DNA of 64,000 nucleotides from positions 17,918,001-17,982,000 of the forward strand of contig OZ024754.1 of assembly GCA_964016885.1 (NCBI GenBank), read 5' to 3'. How positions within the stretch are numbered: position 1 is the stretch's first letter; every line of letters begins with the position of its first letter. Positions 44,255-57,700 of the stretch are shown here, piece by piece. Origin of the DNA: Eledone cirrhosa (Eukaryota). The position numbers were made by a program, and so were the translations under genes. Below the pieces are notes generated by a model. That model did not search any database, had not been told where the DNA came from, and saw nothing but the letters and a program-made list of their open reading frames with translations.

Positions 44255-45997
44255 TCATCATCATCATCATCATCATCATTTAACATTTATCTTCCACGCT
44301 AGCATGGGTTAGTCGGGAATTGTCTTACTTGAGGCAAGATTGATCGGGTGACTGTGTCTCGCTCTTATAGGACTATCTGGCAGGTTTTCTACGGCTGAAT
44401 GATCTTCCTAACACCAACCACATTTACAGTGTGGACTGGGAGCTTTTTACTGTGTTATCTACACGACCACATTACAGTGTGGGGTTTTTTTTTACGTGAC
44501 ACCTACACGACCTCTTTAATTTGGACTGGATGTTGTGGTACCAACATAACTTTACAGAGAAAGGGTGGTGTTGGTGGGAGTGGGAGGATGGAGTAGGTTT
44601 GGGTGTATATTTGGTTACGAGGGGCCTACTGACTGTAGGTTAACTTCGTACACAGGGAAGGCGGGTCTTCTGTATTACTGCGTAGCGCCAAAGATCTCGA
44701 TCCAGTGACATTGTCTTAGAGAGGTGCAAGTCTGCAAGGTCGGAATTTATCATGTTGTCCCAGGTTTTTCTGGGTCTACCTACTCCGTAACTTCCATAAA
44801 TTTTGATCGTCCTGGACTTTTTTTTATACAACTGTCGTCTTTCTTGTGCATCACATAACCATACCAACGTAATCTCCTCTTAAGTAAACAGTATCTGATC
44901 CCTCTTATTCCTAATTTCTCATTTAGTTCGTTTATGTTTTGCCGTTTGTGTATATTACTATTACACATCCAACGGAGCATGCATGCTTCGTTCCTTTCCA
45001 GTCTGTGCAAGTCCTCTGCACACAATGCCCATGTCTCACTGCCATGTAACATTACTGTTCGTATACAAGCATCATACAATCTGCCTTTCATTTTTAGAGA
45101 GATACCTTTTGTGGCCAACAGCGGTATAAGCTCTCTGAACTTTTTTCCATGTCGTTCTAACTCTGGCTACTGTACTTTCAGAGCACCCTCCACCACTGCT
45201 GATTTTGTCACCCAGGTAACAGAAAATGTCCACTATTTCTATAGGACCATCTGGGCAATAGAAGGAACTAGTATCCTGTGGGCACTTGCTACTTATTGCA
45301 CTTGAGCATTAGCCACATATAAAAATCTACGTTCTTAGATAGCTTACCTGTGATCCCACTACATCTTTTATGTACACATAGTTTGCATTTGGGACATAAA
45401 ATAGAATTTCTACCTACTCCTTTCCTACACATTGAGCATGGCCATTTCCCAGAAGGCAGCTATGCCCTATTTTCCTTTCTACATACTAGAACTTTAGTCT
45501 TGGACAAGTTAACTTTAATGCCTTTTGATTCTAGGCCATACTTCCCATGTTTGAAATTTCCTCTCTAGTTCAGCCATCGATTCAGCTATGAGAGTTAGAT
45601 CATCTGCGTATAGAAGTTCCTATGAGCAGCCGGTCTTAAACTCCTCTGTTATAGCCTGAAGGGAAATAATAAACAGGAGGAGGTTAAGGACAGAGCCTTG
45701 ATGAACACCAACTTTTACACTAAATTCTTCATTATATTCATTGTTAATTCTAACCTTGCTGACTGTTTCTTTATACATGGCTTGTATAGCTCTCACAAGC
45801 CATTCATCTACACCTAGTTTTCTAAGAGCCCACCATATAATGGAGCGAGGGACTTTCTCCAAGTCAACAAAAGCTAAGTAGAGAGGTTTCCTTTTAGCTA
45901 GGTACTTCTTCTGTAGTTGCCATACAAGGAAAAGAGCATCTGTGGTACTTTTACCTGGTACAAACCCAAACTGCATTTCATCTAGATCAATTCGATC
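44255..45997 (-). mobile_element. 5'-truncated RTE LINE
   Basis: RIDLDEMQFGFVPGKST...GVHQGSVL...YADD; 3'UTR and (ATC)n tail at 44255. Confidence 0.9.
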
Positions 45998-48290
45998 AGT
46001 GTATGAATCATGATATATATGTGTGTTTGTATGGAGGGTGGTATCAGATGTAGTGTTGGCGAATTTCAGGAACCATGGAGGTTTTAAAGGATGCAGTGTC
46101 TCGGCAGCTAACAACTGATGCAGGTAATTTATTCCATGCTTCAGCAACTCTGAGCACGAAAAATGTTTCTGAAAGTCAAGGGAGCTGTGCTGTTTTCTGA
46201 CTTTGTAGGCATGCCCACGTGTGTTAGACACATGGAATTCAAAAAAGTGCTCAGGGTTGTTGTTGGCAAGATGGTTAATAATTTTATTGGTGTTTACCAA
46301 CTCAGTTGCCAGACGTCGGAGCTTCAATGTATCCATGCCCAGGGAAGCAAAGCGTTCAGAGAATGGTAGATGCCTGATGGAGGGTATTCGCTTGGTTGCA
46401 CATCTCTGAACAGTTTCCAGGAGGTCAATGTTCTGAACAAGATAGGGGTTCCAGACTGGTGATGCCAATTCTAAGTGTGGCCGCACTATAGCTATATACA
46501 GCTTTAAATAGATAACTGGAGAGCGGCTGACATAGGTCTTGTTGAGTGATGCCAAGACACCCTCAGCCTTCTTGACAATTTTAGAGATGTGCTTTGTCCA
46601 ACATAAATCGCTGCTGACAGTAATGCCCAGGTCATGTTCACAAGAAGACTTCTGGATATTAGTGCTGTGGAGGGAGTATGTGGGTGCTGGATTTTTCCTC
46701 CCAAAATGCATGATGGTACACATGTCCACAGCCAGCTTGAGTTGCCAGTTCGCGATCCATTGCTGCATTGTGTCCAGGTCTGATTGCAGGAAGCATCTAT
46801 AGTGTTCACGATCTGTCCTTTTTATCTCAAGGTACAGCTTGATGTCATCTGCATATTTCAGTACTGTGGCATTCTTTAAGTTGGCATCTATGTCATTTAT
46901 ACAATAAACAAAAGGGGATCAAGAAGATATCCTTATGGTACTCCAGATGACATGTCATATGGTGAAGAATGCTGTCCTAGAACTGTGACTACCTCTCTTC
47001 GACTGAGAATGAAGGACTTCAATCAATTAAAAAGATCATCTTTCACACCCATTGCAGAGAGTTTTGCTGTAAGTCTTTTATGTGGCACAGAATTAAAAGC
47101 TTTAGCAAAGTCAAGGTAAACAACATTCACCCATGAGCTGCCATTAGTGATCCAGGTGATGTCTTCAAGAAACTCGATAAGTTGATCACAGCAGCTGGAG
47201 TTAGAGATAAATCCAAATTGAGAGGGCTGGATAACACTGAGAATTCCAGAAGTTCCAGAGTGTTTCTCTGACACAGGATTCCATCAGTTTAGCAATGCAG
47301 CTAGTAAGTCTGACTGGATGATAGTTGACAGGTGATGTGCGATCACCCTTTTTGAACAGAGGAATGACACTGGCAGTTTTCCACTGCTCCGGAGTACCAC
47401 TGTTGTTAACACAGAATTGAAAGAAGAGTGAAAGCTGGTGCAGAAGAAAGTACCCCCCTCCCCAAGTTTGAGAAGCAGGACGTAACACCATCAAGACCAG
47501 GACAGGCATAGTTTCACTCTTATTCTTAAGGTGATGTCACAGCATGGCAGGTGTAAATTCCATAGTTGTTATAGAATTTGATGTCAGAGGTGGTGGAGAT
47601 TGGTTTTTAACAGTGAAAATACCTGCATAGCATTCAGCAATGAGTTCTGCGCATTCTTTGGGGTTGTCAGTAATCTGGCTTGTGTGGGACCAACTGGAGA
47701 GTGAGGTCTCTGCTTTGAATGTACATATTTCCAGAACACCTTACTGTCAGGGTTGGTTGCTATGCACTGTTCAAATTCAAGCACTGCCTTTCTTTGTCAC
47801 CTGCTTGAGATGTTTGGATGATTTACTGCGCTTTTTTCTATTGATATCTGATTCATGCAGTTTGTATTCCTGTTCAGCATTACAACGTTCTTTCCTGGTA
47901 AGATGGACTGCTTATGTTGCACTGATGCTGCACATGCTATCCATATTGAGTTCAGGATGTTCTGAGGTATAGTGTTCACATCTCCAGAGTTGTAAAATTC
48001 AAGCCAATTTGGGTGTTGTAGCTCGGTGCAGTAAGAGTTGCAGTCTGCTTTATTCCAGTCAAAGCGAGCAGTTTGGAGCTGGCTGTGGTTTTTGTTACTA
48101 CCCATAAGAGACAGATTGGCAATGATCATAGCAGGATCAGAGTCACCTAAAGGTTCCTCAGTAGTAACACTAATAACCGTTTCAGGAGTAGTGGTAAAGA
48201 GTAGATCCAAAGTGTTGTCACTTCTTGTTGGGGAAGTGACTACTTGGGGCCAGTTCGAGAGCTGCACTAGCTCAAGGAAATCATTTGCAC
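45998..48290 (-). mobile_element. CR1-clade LINE ORF2 pseudogene (APE C-terminus + RT), lacking its 3' tail
   Basis: PTRSDNTLDLLFT, SVIPLFKKGDR..PVNYHPV, QFGF, YLDFAKAFNSVPH, KYADD, RPHLELASPVWNP, TRGHAYK. Confidence 0.9.
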
Positions 48291-48304
48291 TTTATATATA
48301 TATA

Positions 48305-49528
<1,224 letters not shown>

Positions 49529-50575
49529 TATATATATATATATAAAGTACTTTTTCTAATATGAACAGACCTTCTTCAGCACATAATTTTTAATTCTTGT
49601 TTTTGTTCTTTTTAATTGTAATATTTAATATTTGGTAAGATGGATTACATCGAAACTGGTTATATTTTATATATATTTATAAAACTCCTTTTTTTAAAAC
49701 AAAAATTGTTCTCCTTTTTCCAATAATGTCACTTTGACGGACTAAAGAAGAAAAAAGAAAAAAAAGATTATTTAAATAAATTTCCGTGCTATTTCCATTC
49801 AAATCCCTCCTGGTTCTACAATAAAAACTGTTTACTTTTATATTTACCTAAAAACCTTCCATCATAATTTTATGTACAAAGTTTTGTTAAGTTATATTCG
49901 AAACACCAGTTTAATAGTGAGAAATTTAGTTATATTATTAAATCCTCCTAAATTCTTGTTTATTTTCAAAATAATTTGAAAATCATAGGCAGTGTTTTTC
50001 ATTAGGAATATGGCAAGGAAAGGGTTAAAGTAGTTTTGTTGGAAAAGTGTTCCAGGTGGCCTCATGTATTGTTAACCATTCAACGGTAAAATAGAAGTCA
50101 GCCTGTTGTGAACGAAGCAAGATACGGCAGAGTTATCTACCTTACATAGACATAACTTTAGCTATCTTTAATAAAAATGGCAAGTCTTTCATTTGAAATA
50201 TGGTAACAAAATGGCTAATGATGGTTTTGAAAAAGAAAAAAAGTATTTCTTTAATAATATATTAGAATGTCTGATAGTAATCATAAGATGTTTTTCTTTT
50301 TTATAATTCTCTAACAGTTATCGTTGTCTTATCAAGTGCGCGTGTTCATTGATGTTCTCTGGATATTTATTACAAAATTCATTTATACTGTATATGACTG
50401 CTCCACACATGTGCAATCTGCACATACAACGCAGGAAAGATCCGCTGAAGCTGGATGCATCGTTTTTCGTTTTCATTTGAAATATCATAATAAAATATAC
50501 TGGGTAAAATATATTACTTTGTTTTGTTTTATTTATCCTTTACTCCAACACCATCTTTATATATATACACATACA

Positions 50576-51856
50576 CAGGGTGAACATAAAGTCTTTCCCT
50601 GATTATAAAATACCATATCTTGGATACTAATTGAGATTTTACTTTTTCATTTTTTAATTTATAAATTTCATGTTTAAAGTTTTTCTGAACATGTTTTACA
50701 TTTTCTCATCTACAGGAAGTACTAACAAAATGGCATCAATGAAACAAAAAGGTGAGTGTGTTTTGTGGTTTTACAAAACAAAATTCGGCAATTAAGGTTC
50801 AGCGAAACTTTAGGAGAGAATACAGACAAAGTCCACCAGATGTTAACAGCACCAAGAACTGGCAGCATTGGTGACCTCAAAAGACCTGGCAGGCCAAGAT
50901 TACGTGAAGAGAATGTTGATGCGGTGCATACTGCTTTTCAACAGAGCGCTAGAAAATCAACTCACAGAGGTTCAAGAGAACTGGGAATGCCACAGAGTAC
51001 AGTTGTTAAGATTTTGCACAAACGCCTGTGTTTGTATGCATACAAAATGCAAGTCATTCAAGCCTTGAAACAGATCATTCCCAATGTTCTAGCTTTGCTA
51101 CAGAAATTCTTGATTGAATTGATAAGGGCAATGATTATTTTAAGCACGCTGCATTTTCAGATGAGGCTACTTTCCACATATAAGGAAAAGTTAATAGATA
51201 CAATGTGCAGATTTGGGGATCAGAGAATCGACATGTTGTATTCCAGCACCAGAGAGACAGCGGTAAGGTAAATGTTTGGCGCTGTCTGATGCATAACAGT
51301 GCCATTGAACCTTTCTTTTTTGCTGAATCTACCATTTCAGCAAACATTTACCTGGACATGCTGGAACATTATGCTGTACCCTATTTGGCAGAGTTTCAGT
51401 CAAAGATAGTCTTCCAACAAGATGGGACTCCTCCACATTGGGCCTTACATGTCTGTCAGTTTTTGAACGCAACCTTTCAAACCAGATTGATTGGGAGAGG
51501 TGATCGAAAACTATGGCCTCCACGTTCACCAGGCATTACTTCGATTGACTTCTTTTTTATGGAGGTACATGAAGGACAGCGTGTACCATACACCAGTTCA
51601 CGATCTTGAAACTCTAGAGGCAAGGATAACTGAAGAAATAGCATCTGTAACAGTTGATCTGCTTCAGAACACACACAGCATGAAATTGAATATCACTTAG
51701 ATGGGCTCTGCTTGATGAGTGGGGCCCGAGTTGAAGTCCACTGAAGTTCATGTGTGAATAAAAGAAACTTCTAGACATATGCTATAAGTGTTTTTCTATC
51801 TTGTTTATGTTTTGATTAATAAAGATTTATAATCAGGGAAATACTTTATGCTCACC

Positions 51857-51859
<3 letters not shown>
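50576..51859 (+). mobile_element. Tc1/mariner transposon, DD41D (rosa-type), frameshifted transposase
   Basis: ~34-bp TIRs CAGGGTGAACATAAAGTCTTTCCCTGATTATAAA / TTTATAATCAGGGAAATACTTTATGCTCACCCTG; FSDEATFH, FQQDG, WPPRSP; 41 residues between the 2nd and 3rd Asp. Confidence 0.9.
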
Positions 51860-51935
<76 letters not shown>

Positions 51936-52017
51936 TAATAATAAATTTGAAGACTAAAATCCAAAGAGGGCTCGATAGGGATAAATATATATCAAATATA
52001 TAAGAACCGTAGAGCAA

Positions 52018-52223
52018 ATATTTATTAAAATAACAGATTAAAGTTTAAGCAAAGAATCGCTGCTTTCACCCTTAACGGGATCTTCTGAAACTAAAAAAGT
52101 CAATCTGTGAACGCAGAAGTAAATATTTATTTCTGCGTTCAGAGATTGACTTTTTTAGTTTCAGAAGATCCCGTTAAGGGTGAAAGCAGCGATTCTTTGC
52201 TTAAACTTTAATCTGTTATTTTA

Positions 52224-52231
<8 letters not shown>
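52018..52231. repeat. 214-bp spacer-less palindrome
   Basis: Centre at 52124/52125 (aaat|attt); two mismatched positions. Confidence 0.92.
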
Positions 52232-52288
<57 letters not shown>

Positions 52289-52420
52289 GAGGTTATATTT
52301 AATTTGTTGGGATTCAACAAGCTTAAAAATTGTTTATAACTGATATAAAGCACTCAACAGTTTAGTAGAGTAAATACACAATATATTAATAAATGGAAAA
52401 TATATTTATAAAACCATATT

Positions 52421-52486
52421 TATTTTATTATACATATTTCAAGGGCAACCAAGGCAAATTATGGTGCGCTTTCATCAGATAAAATA
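52421..52486 (-). ncRNA. Minimal type I hammerhead ribozyme in the PLE2 sense arm
   Basis: Reverse complement of 56964-57029. Confidence 0.8.
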
Positions 52487-53080
52487 CAGATTTGTTTTAT
52501 AAATAAATATTGACATACCCGGAAAAAAAGACAACCTTAACGGTTGGAGCTTCCTGGATAGTGGAGATAGTACATTTATTGAGGGTGATACAAAATTATG
52601 AGTGAGTATGCAAATGAGTGTCCGAAAGGTTGAAAAGATAACGGTTTATTTAAATTAAACTGTTGGAAGAAGGTGATATGTAAGGGGGAGAGAGAAAAAA
52701 AGAAAGGAGAAAGATAGAAGAGGAAAGAAAGAACGATTATATATATTGATAGTGAAAACAGAGTGCATGAAGAGATGAGTTTCAAAGGATAAATATACAC
52801 AGCGTAAGTATATCTAAGTGAGAGAAGAGATGAGAATAACGTGGGAGAATAATATTTATAATGCAGGATTCGTTACGTTTTGATTATAATACTTATAATG
52901 ATAGGTTGAAAAATTAGATTAAAATTAAAAAATTAGAAATCAAAATTAAAGATTAGAATTTACCTTAATATTAAAGGTTTAATTTAATAATTTAATATTA
53001 CTAATTAGTTTAAATGTGTATGTTAAGGATTATAAATTATTTAAATAAATATATATATATACATATACACACACACACAC

Positions 53081-53121
<41 letters not shown>

Positions 53122-55874
53122 GTATTTTACATTAGAGCAAATCTAGTATAGCTTATTTTATTAAAAGTTGTAAGTCAAAAATTTAAACATCCAAATAATT
53201 CTAAATTTATGAAAAATTTACGAGAGTTTATAAAGGAATAACCCCCTAGTTATATTATAAAAACAGTAAGGAAGTGTAAAGGAAGTTAGAAGTGATTTTT
53301 TAAGAACTCAGATGACTCTAAGGATTAAATGTTATAAAGTTAAAAAGTTAAACTTTTTTTTATCTTAAGAATATAATAAAACATGAACCATATGTTATTT
53401 TATACGAAGTCATAAATTTACTTGCTATAAAGTTAAAACATTTAAAAAAAAATTTATCTTAAGAATATATTTAAAGCATAAACCACAGGTTATTCCACAT
53501 ATATATATATATGTTTTTCCATATATATATAAACATTTGGATATATATATTAAAAACGTTTGAAGATATAAAAATATAAAAATAATGGTTTTTCTATATC
53601 TTTCAAAGGAATTTTCAAAAGATTTTTCTTAAAACCTTCCGTAAGTTTTTCAAGAAAAATTTTCCTTAAAGGAGTTTCAAGCAGTCATATAAAAAAAATT
53701 TATAATCTATTGATAGGTGTAATAATATATATGTGAAGTAGAGATAATAGAAAGAAATTAAATATATGAATCATATATAGATATAGAAGACATTATGTAA
53801 AAGAGATAAATCATATATTACATTTTATATATATATTTAAAAGTTGAGTTTAAACGATGTTTGCAGGAACTGAATAAATTATTTCGCAAATTAATAGAGT
53901 TCTTACTTTTTAGTATAAAGAATATTTCTTCAGCACAAAGAGAGCAATTTTGGGATAAAGCAGTGTATGAAGGAGCTTTGGAAATAATTTTCCAAAGTAA
54001 AGAATAGTTAATATTCTTGGATTTCAAGTCCCATAATAAGTTAGATAGAGAAGTTGAAGATTTTTTTTACCAATATTCGTAAAGGAACATTTATGGTTAT
54101 TAAAATGAGATTGAAGTCTGTGGAAGTAGAGCCGACATAGTTAAAGGAGTTTTCATTTGATTTGACATTACTATATACTATATTTTTAACTAAACAATTA
54201 TTATTTATAGGACAGTTAGATTTATTTCTACAATTACATTTATCTAAATTTATATTATTGGGAGCCGTAACATTATATTGGATATTGCTAGGGGTATTAA
54301 TGCTATTCTGGTTAGGTTTTAAGTTTCTATTATTAATTCTATTAATATTCTGCGCTAAATTCATAGTAGTGGAATATGAGAGTTTAATAGTATGTCTATT
54401 AAAGATTGAGTAATACCTGTGTGTCTTAGGAAAGCACCTATCTAGAGCTTTAAAGAATAATTTAGCAATAGGAGTTTTAATACTTAATGAGAAAGGTGGG
54501 GGGGGCGAACCATAATATATTTCTAGTTCTATTTTTTCTTTTGGTTTTCGAGTTAGTGTAAGGTTTTCTATTATAATTATATTTATAGTTATGGTTAATT
54601 GGCACACCTTATTATCAATGTATTTAATTTTATTACTATAGCCTGTTCTACCTAACGCTTCGTTATAATATTGTGCCTTATCTTCAAATATATTTCTATT
54701 CGCTGAAATTCTAGAAATACGTTGCTGCACAGAATTTACAATAGTGTTTTTAACGGATCTGGGGTGATTGGAATTAAAGTTAACATAGTTTAAATTCTCG
54801 TTTATTTTATGAAATGGATAATAAAGACCAGTGTTATGGTTTAAAGTTACATCTAAAAAATTAACTATTTTATAATTATTCTCTACTTCTACTTTAAGAT
54901 TAACGCTATTAAAAAGTTGTATAATTTCTTTTCTTTTCCTATTTATTTCACAATTATTATTATTTTCAATAATGTCACGATATAAACCACCGGTCATCTC
55001 CGGTATTTTCCTATGTAAAGTATTGTTAATAAAAAGCCCCACAAGATCCGTTAATTGCACCGAGTCCGATGACCCCATAGTGATATCGAAATCGTTATCC
55101 CTGTCTGCTCTATTAATTTGCGAAATAATTTATTCAGTTCCTGCAAACATCGTTTAAACTCAACTTTTAAATATATATATAAAATGTAATATATGATTTA
55201 TCTCTTTTACATAATGTCTTCTATATCTATATATGATTCATATATTTAATTTACTTTCTATTATCTCTACTTCACATATATATTATTACACCTATCGATA
55301 GATTATAACATTTTTTTATATGACTGCTTGAAACTCCTTTAAGGAAAATTTTTCTTGAAAAACTTACGGAAGGTTTTAAGAAAAATCTTTTGAAAATTCC
55401 TTTGAAAGATATAGAAAAAACATTATTTTTATATCTTCAAACGTTTTTAATATATATATCCAAATGTTTATATATATGTGGAAAAACATATGATTTTTTA
55501 TATATATGTGGAATAACCTATGGTTTATGCTTTAAATATATTCTTAAGATAAACTTTTTTTTAAATGTTTTAACTTTATAGCAAGTAAATTTATGACTTC
55601 GTATAAAATAACATATGGTTCATGTTTTATTATATTCTTAAGATAAAAAATTTTTTAAACTTTTTAACTTGATAACATTTAATCCTTAGAGTCATCTGAG
55701 TTCTTAAAAAATCACTTCTAACTTCCTTACTGTTTTTATAATATAACTAAGGGGTTATTCCTTTGTAAACTCTTGTAAATTTTTCATAAATTTAGAATTA
55801 TTTGGATGTTTAAATTTTTGACTTACAACTTTTAATAAAATAAACTATACTAGATTTGCTCTAATGTAAAATAC

Positions 55875-55907
<33 letters not shown>

Positions 55908-55950
55908 ATATATATGTGTGTGTGTATATATATATGTATATATATATATA

Positions 55951-56272
55951 CTATAGAGTAAAGCATGTCCAGATTAGTGATTTAATCCTGGTATGTATAT
56001 AAGCATTTCTAACATTAATTTTACCTAATTATGTATGGTTGTCCGTATATTTAATTAATTTCCACGTGCTGTTGAAATGTTGGGTAAATATTCTATAGCG
56101 GTTGGACGCGAAGACGCCGCTGTGGCGTATTTATTTACTGTTTCTTCATATATGCCTTTTATTCTTATAGCCTGGTCTAATTGATTTTTTGTGTGGTTAA
56201 TTATGCTGATTGGGAGTAGAGATGATGTATATATATTATCAAATAATTCTCTGGACATGCTTTACTCTATAG
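55951..56272. mobile_element. MITE with 23-bp TIRs and TA TSD, in one PLE2 arm
   Basis: TA|CTATAGAGTAAAGCATGTCCAGA ... TCTGGACATGCTTTACTCTATAG|TA. Confidence 0.8.
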
Positions 56273-56963
56273 TATTTTGCTCTGATTATTTAATTTATTA
56301 ATTCTTCATTGAGCCACATCGTGAAAAGTTGCCAAAACACATATATACCTGTGACTTTGTTTAATTGGTGTATGTGTAAATGTTTATATATATATATACA
56401 TTTATTTAAATAATGTATAATCCTTAACATACACATTTAAACTAATTAGTAATATTAAATTATTAAATTAAATCTTTAATATTAAGGTAAATTCTAATCT
56501 TTAATTTTGATTTCTAATTTTTTAATTTTAATCTAATTTTTCAACCTATCATTATAAGTATTATAATCAAAACGTAACGAATCCTGCATTATAAATATTA
56601 TTCTCCCACGTTATTCTCATCTCTTCTCTCACTTAGATATACTTACGCTGTGTATATTTATCCTTTGAAACTCATCTCTTCATGCACTCTGTTTTCACTA
56701 TCAATATATATAATCGTTCTTTCTTTCCTCTTCTATCTTTCTCCTTTCTTTTTTTCTCTCTCCCCCTTACATATCACCTTCTTCCAACAGTTTAATTTAA
56801 ATAAACCGTTATCTTTTCAACCTTTCGGACACTCATTTGCATACTCACTCATAATTTTGTATCACCCTCAATAAATGTACTATCTCCACTATCCAGGAAG
56901 CTCCAACCGTTAAGGTTGTCTTTTTTTCCGGGTATGTCAATATTTATTTATAAAACAAATCTG

Positions 56964-57029
56964 TATTTTATCTGATGAAAGCGCACCATAATTTGCCTTG
57001 GTTGCCCTTGAAATATGTATAATAAAATA
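56964..57029 (+). ncRNA. Minimal type I hammerhead ribozyme in the PLE2 inverted arm
   Basis: TATTTTAT CTGATGA AAGCGCACC-loop-GGTTGCCCTT GAAA TATGTA TA^ATAAAATA; perfect 8-bp stem I, imperfect stem II. Confidence 0.8.
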
Positions 57030-57279
57030 AATATAGTTTCCATTTATTAATATATTGTATATATATATATATCTTCCATACTGTACCGGCTTTCTGATGT
57101 TGATGTATGCAAGACTCTACAAATTTCTAACCCACTGCTGTACAGAGTGCTTTGGTAGATGGGAACTCCGAAAAGCCATTGTTTGTTTGTATGATTGTGT
57201 GTGTGTGTTTGTATATGTTTTCACCCTTAAAACACTGGTGAATCTATACCATACTTAAAAATATGAGGTTCTGAACAAC

Positions 57280-57700
57280 AGACAGTGTTTTCCCACATTG
57301 TCCAGACATATATCACTGATAGTGATGGTAGTTTGTATTATTAGAGTGTTCTCCCACATTGTCCAGACATATATCACTGATAGTGATGGTAGTCTGTATT
57401 ATTAGAGAGTGTTCTCCCACATTGTCCAGACATATATCACTGATAGTGATGGTAGTCTGTATTATTAGAGAGTGTTCTCCCACATTGTCCAGACATATAT
57501 CATTGTGGTAGTGGTGCTCTGTGTATTATTGGAGAGTGTTCTCCCACATTGTCCAGACATATATCACTGATAGTGATGGTAGCCTGTATTATTAGAGAGT
57601 GTTCTCCCACATTGTCCAGACATATATCATTGTGGTAGTGGTGCTCTGTGTATTATTAGAGAGTGTTCTCCCACATTGTCCAGACATATATCATTGTGTG
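57280..57700. repeat. ~62-bp minisatellite (gtgttctcccacattgtccagacatatatca...)
   Basis: About 7 copies, two variants. Confidence 0.9.

Larger units (their letters stand above)
52381..57055 (-). mobile_element. Penelope-like element 2 (5'-truncated RT + GIY-YIG pseudogene 53818-55107) bounded by 1.5-1.9 kb inverted arms (52381-53899 / 55108-57055)
   Basis: FDITMGSSDSVQLTDLVG, GLYRD, VNFLDVTL, SNHP, CNCRNKSNCPINNNC, YVGST, CSLC; the identical ORFs 52576..52800(-) and 56650..56874(+) mark the inversion. Confidence 0.9.

Noticed and set aside
49555-49660. Another hammerhead (CTGAAGA on the minus strand)
   Set aside because: There is no stem II partner or GAAA in the right orientation and spacing.
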